Below the pieces are notes generated by a model that saw nothing but the letters and a program-made list of their open reading frames with translations, ran no database searches and was not told the origin of the DNA. Both the position numbers and the translations under genes were made by a program. Positions 29,399 through 38,507 of a stretch of 64,000 nucleotides of DNA are shown piece after piece. Origin of the DNA: an uncultured Parachlamydiaceae bacterium (GTDB lineage: Bacteria; Chlamydiota; Chlamydiia; Chlamydiales; Parachlamydiaceae); NCBI GenBank assembly GCA_963742415.1, contig CAVULX010000003.1, positions 224,001 to 288,000 of the forward strand, written 5' to 3'. Positions within the stretch are counted from its first letter, which is position 1. Every line of letters begins with the position of its first letter.

Positions 29399-32332
29399 AT
29401 ATTCATGAGGTTTGGTGTAAATGCCCCAGGGGCGGTCTTTTCTGCTTCCGTCCAACCACTGCTGCCAAAGACCCATGGGAGCTCCCCATGTACTTGTTGC
29501 ATCCACCCTCCATAACTCCAACTTCCCTGTGCCAGGGTTAACAACAAACGCAAACTGCTCCTTCATCCAATTCGTATCGGCGAACGCAATAGCTCGCGGC
29601 AAGGCAAAATCATTCCGGCGGGCCGCTTCAGCGATTTTGACATGCCAATCGATCGGAGCGCTGGTTTGCAAGCTTGTCAAACACAACAAAGCTTTAGCGA
29701 TATTTTGCAACGATTTGGCATTCCCATAGATCTCCCCCCCAGGTTGTGAAGGCAAGCTTTGATACAAGTCTAACATTTCCCTGCGCATCTTTTCAGAGAT
29801 CTCTGGAAAAGATTTAAACAACGTTTCCAGCCTGGCACTCATTTGATAAAAAGGAAACAAAGGGAGAAGTTCAAATAATAGGCTGTCGATATCATCCGGC
29901 GAAAGCGCGTTCATCCCTCTTCTCCGCAATCCTGGATCGTGCTCCATCGTATCCACCAGATGCTGCCTAAATTCCACAGGGGTCATAGTCCCATGGATCC
30001 TTTCAAATACCTTTCTAAAATAGTATTTAAAATCGTCCGGCACTAAAAGGAGAAGCTTTTGAATCAAATCGTTCATCATCCCTTCGTCCATAACGATCAT
30101 ATCGAGATACCGCTGTCTAGATTTGACCCATTGATCGCGCACCCATGTGTAAGTAAACGCTTCCGATTGCCACCCTTCATAAAACTCCGGATCTCGAGGC
30201 TTTAAAAGAAAGGCGTGCGTAGGGGAGTGCATCAGCATCGATTTTCTGTTTTCTTTAAAAAAATCTTGGATGAGCTTGGGAGGGATCTGCTTCAGGGTAT
30301 CCAAAAAAAAGACTAGCAGCTCCATCGGATTTTCCACCCAGCGGGCGATTTCAGTGGGCTTTTGCTCCAAACGGAAATAACAGCTGACGAGGCTTCCCAT
30401 GGTTCCGCCAGAAGTGTAGGCCCAAGGTTTTTTCTCGATTTGATCCAAATGGTTTAATGGATCTTGGATAGCCGCAGTGTGATGGACAGCGGCCATGCGA
30501 TAAAAGGCGGTTTCGAGAAACTCTTTGGTTTTAATATGGTTGACGATAGCGGTCACGATCTCGGTAAGTTCTTGCTGCAATCCTTGAAATTCATCTCTAG
30601 AGGCTAGCTCCACTTCAGTTGCAATAAAGAAACTGTTGAGCGAGGAGATAAACTCTTGGGGTGTATAAATATAAGTCCACTGTGAAGTATTGGCCCTCCC
30701 ATATTTATATAAGAGGCGAAAACCGGCCGGGCTATCATCGTAAGGGCCAACATTGACTTCATGCATGTCGGCATCGTAAACTTCTTGAAAGTATTGGGGA
30801 AATAGATGGTAGTAGGCGTCGATGAGGACGTCGTGCAGCCTGGCAATCCTTTGCCCTTTCTCTTGCTCTTTGTCGCGCAGCTCTTCGAGAAGGTAAAATT
30901 CATAGGTTTTTGTTTTATAATCTATCTTTAGCCACTCGACCTCTTTTTCCGTCGAAGCCCTTTTCATCCGCGCTTCCAGGTATTTGACTTGAGAATACAT
31001 GGTTTCATATTCGAGCTGTAGCTCCCGGACTTTCTGATTGTTGATATCAAGACGCCTTTGAAGAATTTCATAGATGCAAAATCCTATTCCCCCTTTTTCT
31101 TGAGCTCCCATGCCTAGGCTTGAGTAAAGATTCCACCGTGTGAATTCAGCTTTGGTTTCTGCAAAAGACGCCAGCGTAAATTCCCAGCACTTCAAAAGGG
31201 CATTATCTGCCATCGCTTTAAAGGCATTTTCCCCTTTTTCCAATAATAGATAGTAATTGGCGCAAAGCTGATTTTTGCCCCCCATTGTTTGAGGAGCCGA
31301 GGCTGATAGCAGCATCAAATTGCTTTGAAATGCTTCTTGGGGTCTATTATCATAATCGCGCAATTCTTGTTCGGTCAACCCTAAGTGGTTCATCAATATT
31401 TTTTGAAGAAGCATCTCTACGTTTAAAATGGTCTCTTTTTCTGGGATGAGACGCAAAATTGTCTCTTTTGCCCATTCAATTTTTTGTTTTAATGGCCATT
31501 CTGCAGAAATGAGCTCCATACTTTCCAGAGCCGCAATCAGTCCAGGAGAAAGCCAAATTTCGGAGGAATTGTTCTCCGCTTCCGGCTTAAAGATAAAGTT
31601 TTTCTTTAGATCTCCAGCTCCCCAGCTAATGCTTAAAGGCACAGAGTATTCAATCCCTCCGAAAGTGCGCTTCAAGCGTCCTGTGCCGAACAATTCATTC
31701 ATGTCTGTAAGGAAGAGGAGCGCTTGTTCATCATGCACAATGATGGCCGGAGCCGTCGCAAAGCACGATCCCACATTTTGACGGAGGTAACACATCCAGG
31801 CTGCCAAAACGGCACGCCGCGCATGGGCATCGGTGATAGGAGTATTGGGGGGAAGCTGCAACGTTTCCCGGATCACTTGATCCGCTTGCCGGTGCTGATG
31901 GGGTTTACTCATATGCTTCAGTAGCCTCATGGCCTCTTTATTCTGAAGCAAGATTTGCAAGACTTGAAGGATATGTTCTTGCCGATAGGAGTCATGCTGC
32001 CTTTCTGGTCCCATGGAATAAAGATGGGCCTTCAATTTTTGAATGACTTCTTCGACCAGGGGTATTTGGATTTCCCCTTTATCATCGATAAGAAGAGTGG
32101 CTATGAGGCGGGTACGCAAAACATTCCGAACGGCACAGCTTTCTTGAACTTTCGATCTGTCGAGCCTTCGGGACAAATCATCATATTCTTCTGAACATGC
32201 TTTTGTTATTTCATCTATCCCCTGAGTTTTTCGCTGCTTGGCAACTTGCGTGAAAATACGACGAAAAAATCGGGGATCGTCAACCGGGGTTTTAAATGTC
32301 TCCAAAATTTTTTCAATCTTTTCAGAGGACAC
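29360..32332 (-). CDS. Large conserved chlamydial hypothetical protein (CT590-like by size and position)
   Basis: 990-aa ORF with LRQNVGSCFATAPAI and FADTNW motifs; neighbours tatD-dsbD as recalled for Chlamydia. Confidence 0.7.
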   Translation of the reverse strand: MSSEKIEKILETFKTPVDDPRFFRRIFTQVAKQRKTQGIDEITKACSEEYDDLSRRLDRSKVQESCAVRNVLRTRLIATLLIDDKGEIQIPLVEEVIQKLKAHLYSMGPERQHDSYRQEHILQVLQILLQNKEAMRLLKHMSKPHQHRQADQVIRETLQLPPNTPITDAHARRAVLAAWMCYLRQNVGSCFATAPAIIVHDEQALLFLTDMNELFGTGRLKRTFGGIEYSVPLSISWGAGDLKKNFIFKPEAENNSSEIWLSPGLIAALESMELISAEWPLKQKIEWAKETILRLIPEKETILNVEMLLQKILMNHLGLTEQELRDYDNRPQEAFQSNLMLLSASAPQTMGGKNQLCANYYLLLEKGENAFKAMADNALLKCWEFTLASFAETKAEFTRWNLYSSLGMGAQEKGGIGFCIYEILQRRLDINNQKVRELQLEYETMYSQVKYLEARMKRASTEKEVEWLKIDYKTKTYEFYLLEELRDKEQEKGQRIARLHDVLIDAYYHLFPQYFQEVYDADMHEVNVGPYDDSPAGFRLLYKYGRANTSQWTYIYTPQEFISSLNSFFIATEVELASRDEFQGLQQELTEIVTAIVNHIKTKEFLETAFYRMAAVHHTAAIQDPLNHLDQIEKKPWAYTSGGTMGSLVSCYFRLEQKPTEIARWVENPMELLVFFLDTLKQIPPKLIQDFFKENRKSMLMHSPTHAFLLKPRDPEFYEGWQSEAFTYTWVRDQWVKSRQRYLDMIVMDEGMMNDLIQKLLLLVPDDFKYYFRKVFERIHGTMTPVEFRQHLVDTMEHDPGLRRRGMNALSPDDIDSLLFELLPLFPFYQMSARLETLFKSFPEISEKMRREMLDLYQSLPSQPGGEIYGNAKSLQNIAKALLCLTSLQTSAPIDWHVKIAEAARRNDFALPRAIAFADTNWMKEQFAFVVNPGTGKLELWRVDATSTWGAPMGLWQQWLDGSRKDRPWGIYTKPHEYLLHTEQAAGIIR

Positions 32333-32411
32333 GCAAGCACCTCAGAAGGTTGGAAAATTAATAACCGATTAGGCAAAAGGATTTAATAAATATTATAACA
32401 CAGATTAATAA

Positions 32412-32439
32412 TTGACTTTTTATTAAATTTTTATATAAT
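32412..32439 (+). promoter_or_regulatory. sigma66 promoter
   Basis: TTGACT-16 bp-TATAAT, ending 42 bp upstream of the ATG at 32482. Confidence 0.65.
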
Positions 32440-32481
32440 AGTTAATTTAAATAATACAAAAAATTAAATGGTGTAGTAAAT

Positions 32482-34158
32482 ATGATATCTTTTAATGCCC
32501 TTATCAAATCCAAGAATATTAACTTATCAAATGCTGTACCTACGTTACAGTCGGCTGTTGAAAAATTTGGCCACAGTTTCTGTATAGTAAAAAGATCTTC
32601 AATAATCAGTGTCATTTACGCTTCTGCAACATGTAAATTAGCATGTTATGTTGAATCCCAATTTAAAAAAAGAGGGTTTTTCCAAGAAGATAATTTTATC
32701 AATAAAATCATCCGATTTTCCGCGAAATATATTGTAGCTTCGACACTTGTTGAAGGGGGCTTCATGGTTGCCTCTTCCATTTTTAAAACACCTAAGCCTT
32801 CAATACCCGAAGCGGTCTTGCTGACTTTTTGTGCTATTTGCTTGGAAAAAACATATAAAATTGGAAAAAGTGAATTTCTCAAGTTATATGGCAGTTCCAA
32901 TAAAAATAAAACAATTAGCGGTACGTCTAGTTATCTAAAATCAATTCTTCCGAAGTCAAAAGTTTCGAAATTAAAACTTACAACAGATATCTTAAATGAA
33001 AGTGAAAAAAACTTAAATGAAGGAATTAATATTTCTGAAGATACTAAAGTTGAATTAATAAAGTTGATACCCCAAATATTGAACATAAAAAGGGATGAGG
33101 AAATTGAAGGCGTTCGTTTGTTTAATAGCCAACAAACACATCGGGTGTTTTCTCTGACAAGCTTGCCAGGAATCATTTTTAAAATGAATACAAACAATTG
33201 GATACCGTATGAAGACCAGACCATAAAGAAACGTTATAATTCCATGATCGAGGCAAATGCAATTTGCCGCCATCTTCAAAAAGACTCAGAGGAAGACATT
33301 TTGATTCTCCCCAAAGGAAAATTGTTTACTGTCACAGTAGGGAAAACCAACCATCATATAATCGCTGAAGAAGAGCTCTACTTTTCACATTACAACAGTA
33401 CGCAGGAAAAGCTTTTTGAGGAAAACTCTGATAAGCTTGCTAAAGCTTTAGAGATATACGCGAAATTCATCTGTGAATTTGATGCGAGTGATGTGGAATT
33501 TAGAAATAATCCCGTTTTGAATGATCAGGAAGATAGTGAGGGAAACTACAAAATAGGTCTACCTGATATCGAAGAGCGGCAAGGAGCTAAGTGGGGCTTA
33601 TTTGGAAATGGCGGAAAACCTCGCGGACTCATCGGACATGCCGTCACGGAAGAGCAATTTAAAATGATCTATGATATTGCCGTAAGTTATTCTGTTGATG
33701 CGTCTATGTATGAGGGTGCTTGCCAACGTCGAAGGAAAGAACTGGAAAACAATAAAAGTCTCAAAAAATTTTATGAAAAAAATAATATTCATGAGGATGA
33801 ACTTATTGACCTCGATTTAATTGACACAAAATTGAAAGGTTTTTCTGATGATGAAAAGGTTGAGAAAAAGTGCATAGCGTTAGCAAAGGGATTGATCAAT
33901 GAAATAAATGAAAGAATTCGCTCAAGTTTTCCAGAAGAAACGATTAAAGGGCAGAGAAGCATATTTATTGAAACCAATAAACAAGAGAACCTAACTTTTT
34001 ATCAAGCGGATTATACCCTTGTTTGCAAACCAGAAAACTGGACCCGACAAGGTCGTTTTAATGCCACCCTATTAGGTATCGTGACAAACAAATTAAAAGA
34101 GTTAGGGGTGATCCACATGATAACAGATATGGGTTCATTCTACTACGTTCAAGCCTAA
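32482..34158 (+). CDS. AT-rich orphan with N-terminal hydrophobic region and a putative protein-kinase-like domain
   Basis: IIFKM (beta3 Lys), SDVEFRN (D-x4-N), IGLPDIE (DFG-like) in kinase order. Confidence 0.55.
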   Translation: MISFNALIKSKNINLSNAVPTLQSAVEKFGHSFCIVKRSSIISVIYASATCKLACYVESQFKKRGFFQEDNFINKIIRFSAKYIVASTLVEGGFMVASSIFKTPKPSIPEAVLLTFCAICLEKTYKIGKSEFLKLYGSSNKNKTISGTSSYLKSILPKSKVSKLKLTTDILNESEKNLNEGINISEDTKVELIKLIPQILNIKRDEEIEGVRLFNSQQTHRVFSLTSLPGIIFKMNTNNWIPYEDQTIKKRYNSMIEANAICRHLQKDSEEDILILPKGKLFTVTVGKTNHHIIAEEELYFSHYNSTQEKLFEENSDKLAKALEIYAKFICEFDASDVEFRNNPVLNDQEDSEGNYKIGLPDIEERQGAKWGLFGNGGKPRGLIGHAVTEEQFKMIYDIAVSYSVDASMYEGACQRRRKELENNKSLKKFYEKNNIHEDELIDLDLIDTKLKGFSDDEKVEKKCIALAKGLINEINERIRSSFPEETIKGQRSIFIETNKQENLTFYQADYTLVCKPENWTRQGRFNATLLGIVTNKLKELGVIHMITDMGSFYYVQA

Positions 34159-34219
34159 ATACCCTATTACCAGGAAATTAAACGCAAAGACGCGAAGATA
34201 AGCTTAGGTTGATGCGTAT

Positions 34220-34257
34220 GGGATAGGCAGGTCGTAAACGGCAGGATAAGCACGATA
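34220..34257 (+). repeat. Solo half-copy of the CAGGATAAGCAGGAT inner element
   Basis: GGGATAGGCAGGTCGTAAACGGCAGGATAAGCACGATA closely matches 44731-44769 and the reverse complement of 44838-44876. Confidence 0.75.
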
Positions 34258-34295
34258 AAAAATTATCAAACTACCAATAAAAACAGTAATATAAA

Positions 34296-34324
34296 TTGAA
34301 ATTAATTCATAATTATTATATAAT
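34296..34324 (+). promoter_or_regulatory. sigma66 promoter
   Basis: TTGAAA-17 bp-TATAAT upstream of the ATG at 34366; AT-rich context raises the chance-match rate. Confidence 0.55.
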
Positions 34325-34365
34325 TTTTTTCAAAATTATTAATAATAGTTAAAAAGAAGGTTTTT

Positions 34366-34923
34366 ATGGTGTACGATCCAAAAATTAATGAGCACTTGAT
34401 GAAGCAGAATCAACCAAATAGTCACCATACACAATCCAACTCATCTACTAATTCTCAATCCCCTGATGTGTCTGCTACTACCTCAAAAACAAGCAAAATT
34501 GCAGACCAATTAATTAATTTATCTATTGTTCTAAGATACACTAAAAAAGCCATTAAATGGACGAATAAAGGGATCAAACAAGTTACTTATGTTTTACAGG
34601 GTAAAAAGTTACAGGATAAAAAGTCTGACGGATCTTTTGTTGACTGGATACGCTCGCCACAGGCCTGGGGAATTTATATTCTTGTAGTGGGTTCTTTACT
34701 TCTTGCCTATCGAAATACAGTGATTCCTTCTGGGCACGTGGGAAAACTGAGTAAAATCACTCCATTTTTTTGGACCTTTATTGAGGAATCAAGAAGGATT
34801 TCAATCGTGTATGGTCTGCTCGAAACAATCATCGAAATTGCCAAAAAACCAAAGCCTTACTTATTCCCGATTTTTTTTGCGACTTTGATGATTGGCGCAG
34901 ATTGTTATTCTGCAAAAAAATAA
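34366..34923 (+). CDS. Hypothetical membrane protein with S/T/N/Q-rich N-terminus (secreted-effector-like)
   Basis: 185 aa; polar low-complexity N-terminus; hydrophobic segments; AAGAAGG RBS-like sequence and a promoter upstream. Confidence 0.55.
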   Translation: MVYDPKINEHLMKQNQPNSHHTQSNSSTNSQSPDVSATTSKTSKIADQLINLSIVLRYTKKAIKWTNKGIKQVTYVLQGKKLQDKKSDGSFVDWIRSPQAWGIYILVVGSLLLAYRNTVIPSGHVGKLSKITPFFWTFIEESRRISIVYGLLETIIEIAKKPKPYLFPIFFATLMIGADCYSAKK

Positions 34924-34995
34924 ATTAAATCTCTTACCTAATTACAATTTTTTACAATAAATGAGGTGTGATTAAATTTTCATTTATGGCTCTTT

Positions 34996-36309
34996 CTATT
35001 GAAAATCCCCGTTTTTATCTAAGGTAACTGAAATCGCTTGGTAAATGTTATCTAAGTCATCTGAACTGATGCAATAGGGAGGAAGAACATAGAGGACATT
35101 TCCTAAAGGCCTCAAAAGAATATTTCGAGACAGAAAGAACTTATACAACCGATCACGGAGCTTTGAAAAATAGGAGGCTTCCTCCTTTGTTTTGTATTCC
35201 AAAACCAGAATAGTCCCTAAAGTTTCACACCTTGAAAGGTTTGGATTGCCTTGCCATCTCCGGCAGAAGGCTTTATGACTTTGTTCTATTGCAGAACGCT
35301 GCCTAGAGCATCCATCTGATTCCGATAAGTCAAAGCTTGCTAGGGCCGCTGCACATGCCAGAGGGTTTGCACAATAGGTATGCCCATGCAAAAGGGCTTT
35401 GCTTTTGTCATCCCAAAGAAACTGCTGAAAGATCTCTTCTTTGCATAAGGTGGCCGCTAAAGGCAAATACCCTCCTGTTAATCCTTTGGAAAGACATAAT
35501 ATATCAGGCTTGCAACGTAATAAATCGGTAGCGAGAAGAGGTCCAGTCCGTCCAAAGCCGGTCATGACCTCATCGGCGATCGTGATCACTCCATGACGGC
35601 GGCATAATTCCAATAACGCATCAAGCCCTTCGGCTGAATGGATCACCATCCCTCCAGATCCTTGAATCAGGGGTTCAAAAATAAAGCACGCCGATCGGTT
35701 TTTTTCGATGATCTCCTTAAGCTGTTTCAAAGAGGCCTCTTCTTTCCCTTTCAATGGGGGGTCTATCGACTCGACAGGAAACAGATGAGACCAAAAGGGG
35801 CGGTTGTAGGAAGTTCTGCCAGCGGCTGACATAGCACCAAAGGTGTCGCCGTGATACCCCCCTTTGAAAGATATGATCCCTGCTCGAGAGGTTGAGGGAT
35901 CTTGGTTGCTCCAAAATTGAAGGGCCATTTTAAGAGCTACTTCCACCGAGGTGGCCCCATTGTCTGTATAAAATACTTTAGAATAATGGTGTGAAGCCAT
36001 CGCCAATAAGCGCTCAGCTAATTCGATAGCCGGAGGATGGGTGAAGTCCCCAAATGTGACATGCTCTAACTGCGCCAATTGGGCGTTGATCCTGTCTGAA
36101 ATGTAAGGGTGGCAATGACCGTGGAGGTTGACCCACCAAGAGGAAATAGCATCTAAGTAGCGTGTTCCATCCTCAGCATATAAATAAACTCCTTGCCCCC
36201 GCACAATGGGAATAAATTCTCCGGCTGTTTTCATTTGGGTAAACGGATGCCAAATAACCTTGCGGTCTCGTTGAGAAAGTGTATCTAGGACAGAAAATGC
36301 TGTTTCCAT
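34996..36309 (-). CDS. bioA: Adenosylmethionine-8-amino-7-oxononanoate aminotransferase
   Basis: IWHPFTQM, SSWWVNLHGH, YHGDT, DEVMTGFGRTG, SKGLTGG, HGHTY, LRPLGN. Confidence 0.96.
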   Translation of the reverse strand: METAFSVLDTLSQRDRKVIWHPFTQMKTAGEFIPIVRGQGVYLYAEDGTRYLDAISSWWVNLHGHCHPYISDRINAQLAQLEHVTFGDFTHPPAIELAERLLAMASHHYSKVFYTDNGATSVEVALKMALQFWSNQDPSTSRAGIISFKGGYHGDTFGAMSAAGRTSYNRPFWSHLFPVESIDPPLKGKEEASLKQLKEIIEKNRSACFIFEPLIQGSGGMVIHSAEGLDALLELCRRHGVITIADEVMTGFGRTGPLLATDLLRCKPDILCLSKGLTGGYLPLAATLCKEEIFQQFLWDDKSKALLHGHTYCANPLACAAALASFDLSESDGCSRQRSAIEQSHKAFCRRWQGNPNLSRCETLGTILVLEYKTKEEASYFSKLRDRLYKFFLSRNILLRPLGNVLYVLPPYCISSDDLDNIYQAISVTLDKNGDFQ

Positions 36310-36902
36310 TTTGACGCATACCTTTGAATAGTTGATTTATTTATTTCCGGTTCCGGCAGCAATCGCGCGATGCAAGAAAAACCTGAATGTTTCAAAATCG
36401 CTTGCTCCCCTTCCGGGTACTCGGTCCCATTAAAAATAATGCCGCGGACGGGCACCCCCCTTGCGCGGAGGAGTTCGCAAGAGAGCAGAGTGTGGTTGAT
36501 GCTCCCCAAATAGTTTTTAGAAACGAGAATCCATTCCGCATCCCATTGGGACAACAAATCCATTTGCAAGGTGGTGTCATTAAGCGGAACAAGCAATCCC
36601 CCGCAGCTTTCAATCACTAAAGGAGCAGAACAAACGGGGAGCTTGATTAAAGAAGGATCGATCAAAGTATTTTCAAGACGAGCCGCATGATGGGGGGAGA
36701 ACCTCCCTCTTAAACAATAGGCTTCCGGATGGATCTTTACTGTCGAACTTACCAAGCTATGAACTGTTGCACTATCGAGATCTTCTTCATTTCCTGTTTG
36801 GATAGGTTTCCAGTAAGTTCCTTGCAAAGCTTCGACAACAATGGCGGAAACAATCGTCTTTCCTATTTCTGTTCCGATTCCTGCAATAATAATTTTGCGC
36901 AT
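36285..36902 (-). CDS. bioD: Dethiobiotin synthetase
   Basis: GIGTEIGKT, WKPIQTG, ESCGGLLVPL, LGSINHTLL. Confidence 0.95.
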   Translation of the reverse strand: MRKIIIAGIGTEIGKTIVSAIVVEALQGTYWKPIQTGNEEDLDSATVHSLVSSTVKIHPEAYCLRGRFSPHHAARLENTLIDPSLIKLPVCSAPLVIESCGGLLVPLNDTTLQMDLLSQWDAEWILVSKNYLGSINHTLLSCELLRARGVPVRGIIFNGTEYPEGEQAILKHSGFSCIARLLPEPEINKSTIQRYASKWKQHFLS

Positions 36903-38033
36903 TTAGCCCTCCCGTTTTGAGGCGATGTGGGATAACAATTGGAAGATATCTTCATCGGAATTAAATGAATGAAGGCAGATTCTTAAGCATTCTTGCTTCC
37001 GTTTGACCGTTGGGCTTAAAATGGGTCTTACATCTACCCCTATGGATCCAAGGGAACTGGACAATGCTTTGGCTTTCGGCCCATCGCCTATTAGGAAAGG
37101 AATAAGAGGTGATTGGGGAAGGGATTGAGAAAAATTAAACATGTTAAAAATTTCAATAAACTTTAACCGCAATTTTTCCACTTGCTGCCTTTCACCATCA
37201 GCTAAAGGGAGGCGTTCATACGCGCATTTGATTGTCGCTAACACTTGAGGGGGCAAGGCGGTAGAATAAATGAAAGAACGGGCAAAATTGATAAGATAGC
37301 TTTGCAATGACTTTTGCCCCAAAATGATGGCGCCATGCGATCCTAAAGCTTTCCCAAAAGGGTGTACCCTAGCAAACACTTTATCTTCCAATTGATGGTG
37401 GCAAACTAACCCCTCCCCTTTGCTCCCGAAGATCCCTGTTGCGTGGGCTTCATCGACAATCAGATGGGCTCCATACTTTTCACATAAGGCCGCCATCTCT
37501 TTTAAAGGAGCTTGGGAGCCGTCCATTGTATAGATCGATTCGATGCAAACAAAGGTCTTACCGTGGCGAACTTTAAGACGCTTTTCAAGATGATTGCTGT
37601 CGTTATGGCGGAAAGGGAAACACCGGGCGCGGCTCAGGCGCATCCCATCATGCAAGGAAGCGTGTACCGAAAGGTCATATAGAATGGTGTCGTCAGGTCC
37701 TGCAAGCGAAGAGATCAAGCCGAGATTGGCCATATAGCCGGTATTGAAGATCAATCCCGCTTCAGCACGATGAAAATTGGCAATGGTGCGTTCCAACTCT
37801 TCGCAATAACTTTGATTCCCGGTTAATAAGCGGGATCCTGTTGATCCTAGAATCGCGCCTGTTCCATTTTGGATCATCCTTTCCCATTCCCGAGCGACAG
37901 CTTCACGCAACTCGAGAGAACGGGCAAATCCCAGATAATCATTTGAAGTAAGGTCTATCAGAGGCTTTGAACTCGTCAAAGAGCGAAATGAACCCTCTTC
38001 TTGTCGCTTGAGCAATTTAGATGCAAACCGCAT
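36903..38033 (-). CDS. bioF: 8-amino-7-oxononanoate synthase
   Basis: SNDYLG, GSRLLTG, HASLHDG, DEAHATG, FGKALG. Confidence 0.95.
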   Translation of the reverse strand: MRFASKLLKRQEEGSFRSLTSSKPLIDLTSNDYLGFARSLELREAVAREWERMIQNGTGAILGSTGSRLLTGNQSYCEELERTIANFHRAEAGLIFNTGYMANLGLISSLAGPDDTILYDLSVHASLHDGMRLSRARCFPFRHNDSNHLEKRLKVRHGKTFVCIESIYTMDGSQAPLKEMAALCEKYGAHLIVDEAHATGIFGSKGEGLVCHHQLEDKVFARVHPFGKALGSHGAIILGQKSLQSYLINFARSFIYSTALPPQVLATIKCAYERLPLADGERQQVEKLRLKFIEIFNMFNFSQSLPQSPLIPFLIGDGPKAKALSSSLGSIGVDVRPILSPTVKRKQECLRICLHSFNSDEDIFQLLSHIASKREG

Positions 38034-38434
38034 AATTATTCACAACATCCTTTACAAGTCTGTTCAGAATTCACAGTTGGTCTTCTATCTGTGAAAGGGG
38101 CTGGTTTTGTCAAGCCCAAAATTTCGCACAAATCGGCAAGACGATCATGTCCTTAGGGAAAAAATTAAATCAAATTTGGCTCGATTCTTTCAAGAACTTA
38201 TTTCTTATAACATAAAGGGAATGCTTTTAAAACTGGTCTTAAAAATATAAAAAAAACAGGATACAATTATAATAATTATAAAAAAACATAAAAACATAAA
38301 AATTAATTAATTATTAACAATAAAAAAATCTGGTCTTTATAATAATTGATTATAATTATGGTATGAAAATAAAAAATATTAATTGATAAAAAAACAAAGA
38401 AAGTAAAAATTAATTAAATCTTAATAAATTTTTA

Positions 38435-38463
38435 TTGAATTATTAACAATTATATATTATAAT
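38435..38463 (+). promoter_or_regulatory. sigma66 promoter
   Basis: TTGAAT-17 bp-TATAAT upstream of the ATG at 38508, in an extremely AT-rich tract. Confidence 0.55.
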
Positions 38464-38507
38464 AAGAACATAAAAATAAATTTTAAACAATTAAAAGAGA
38501 TTTTATT

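Noticed and set aside
38034-38130. BirA operator upstream of bioF
   Set aside because: Only isolated half-site-like words (TTTACAA, TTGTCAA) occur, without the required palindromic spacing.
38160-38500. Extremely AT-rich tract as a replication origin
   Set aside because: No DnaA-box cluster recognised; similar tracts precede other orphan genes (32.4, 34.3, 54.8 kb) and contain sigma66-like promoters.
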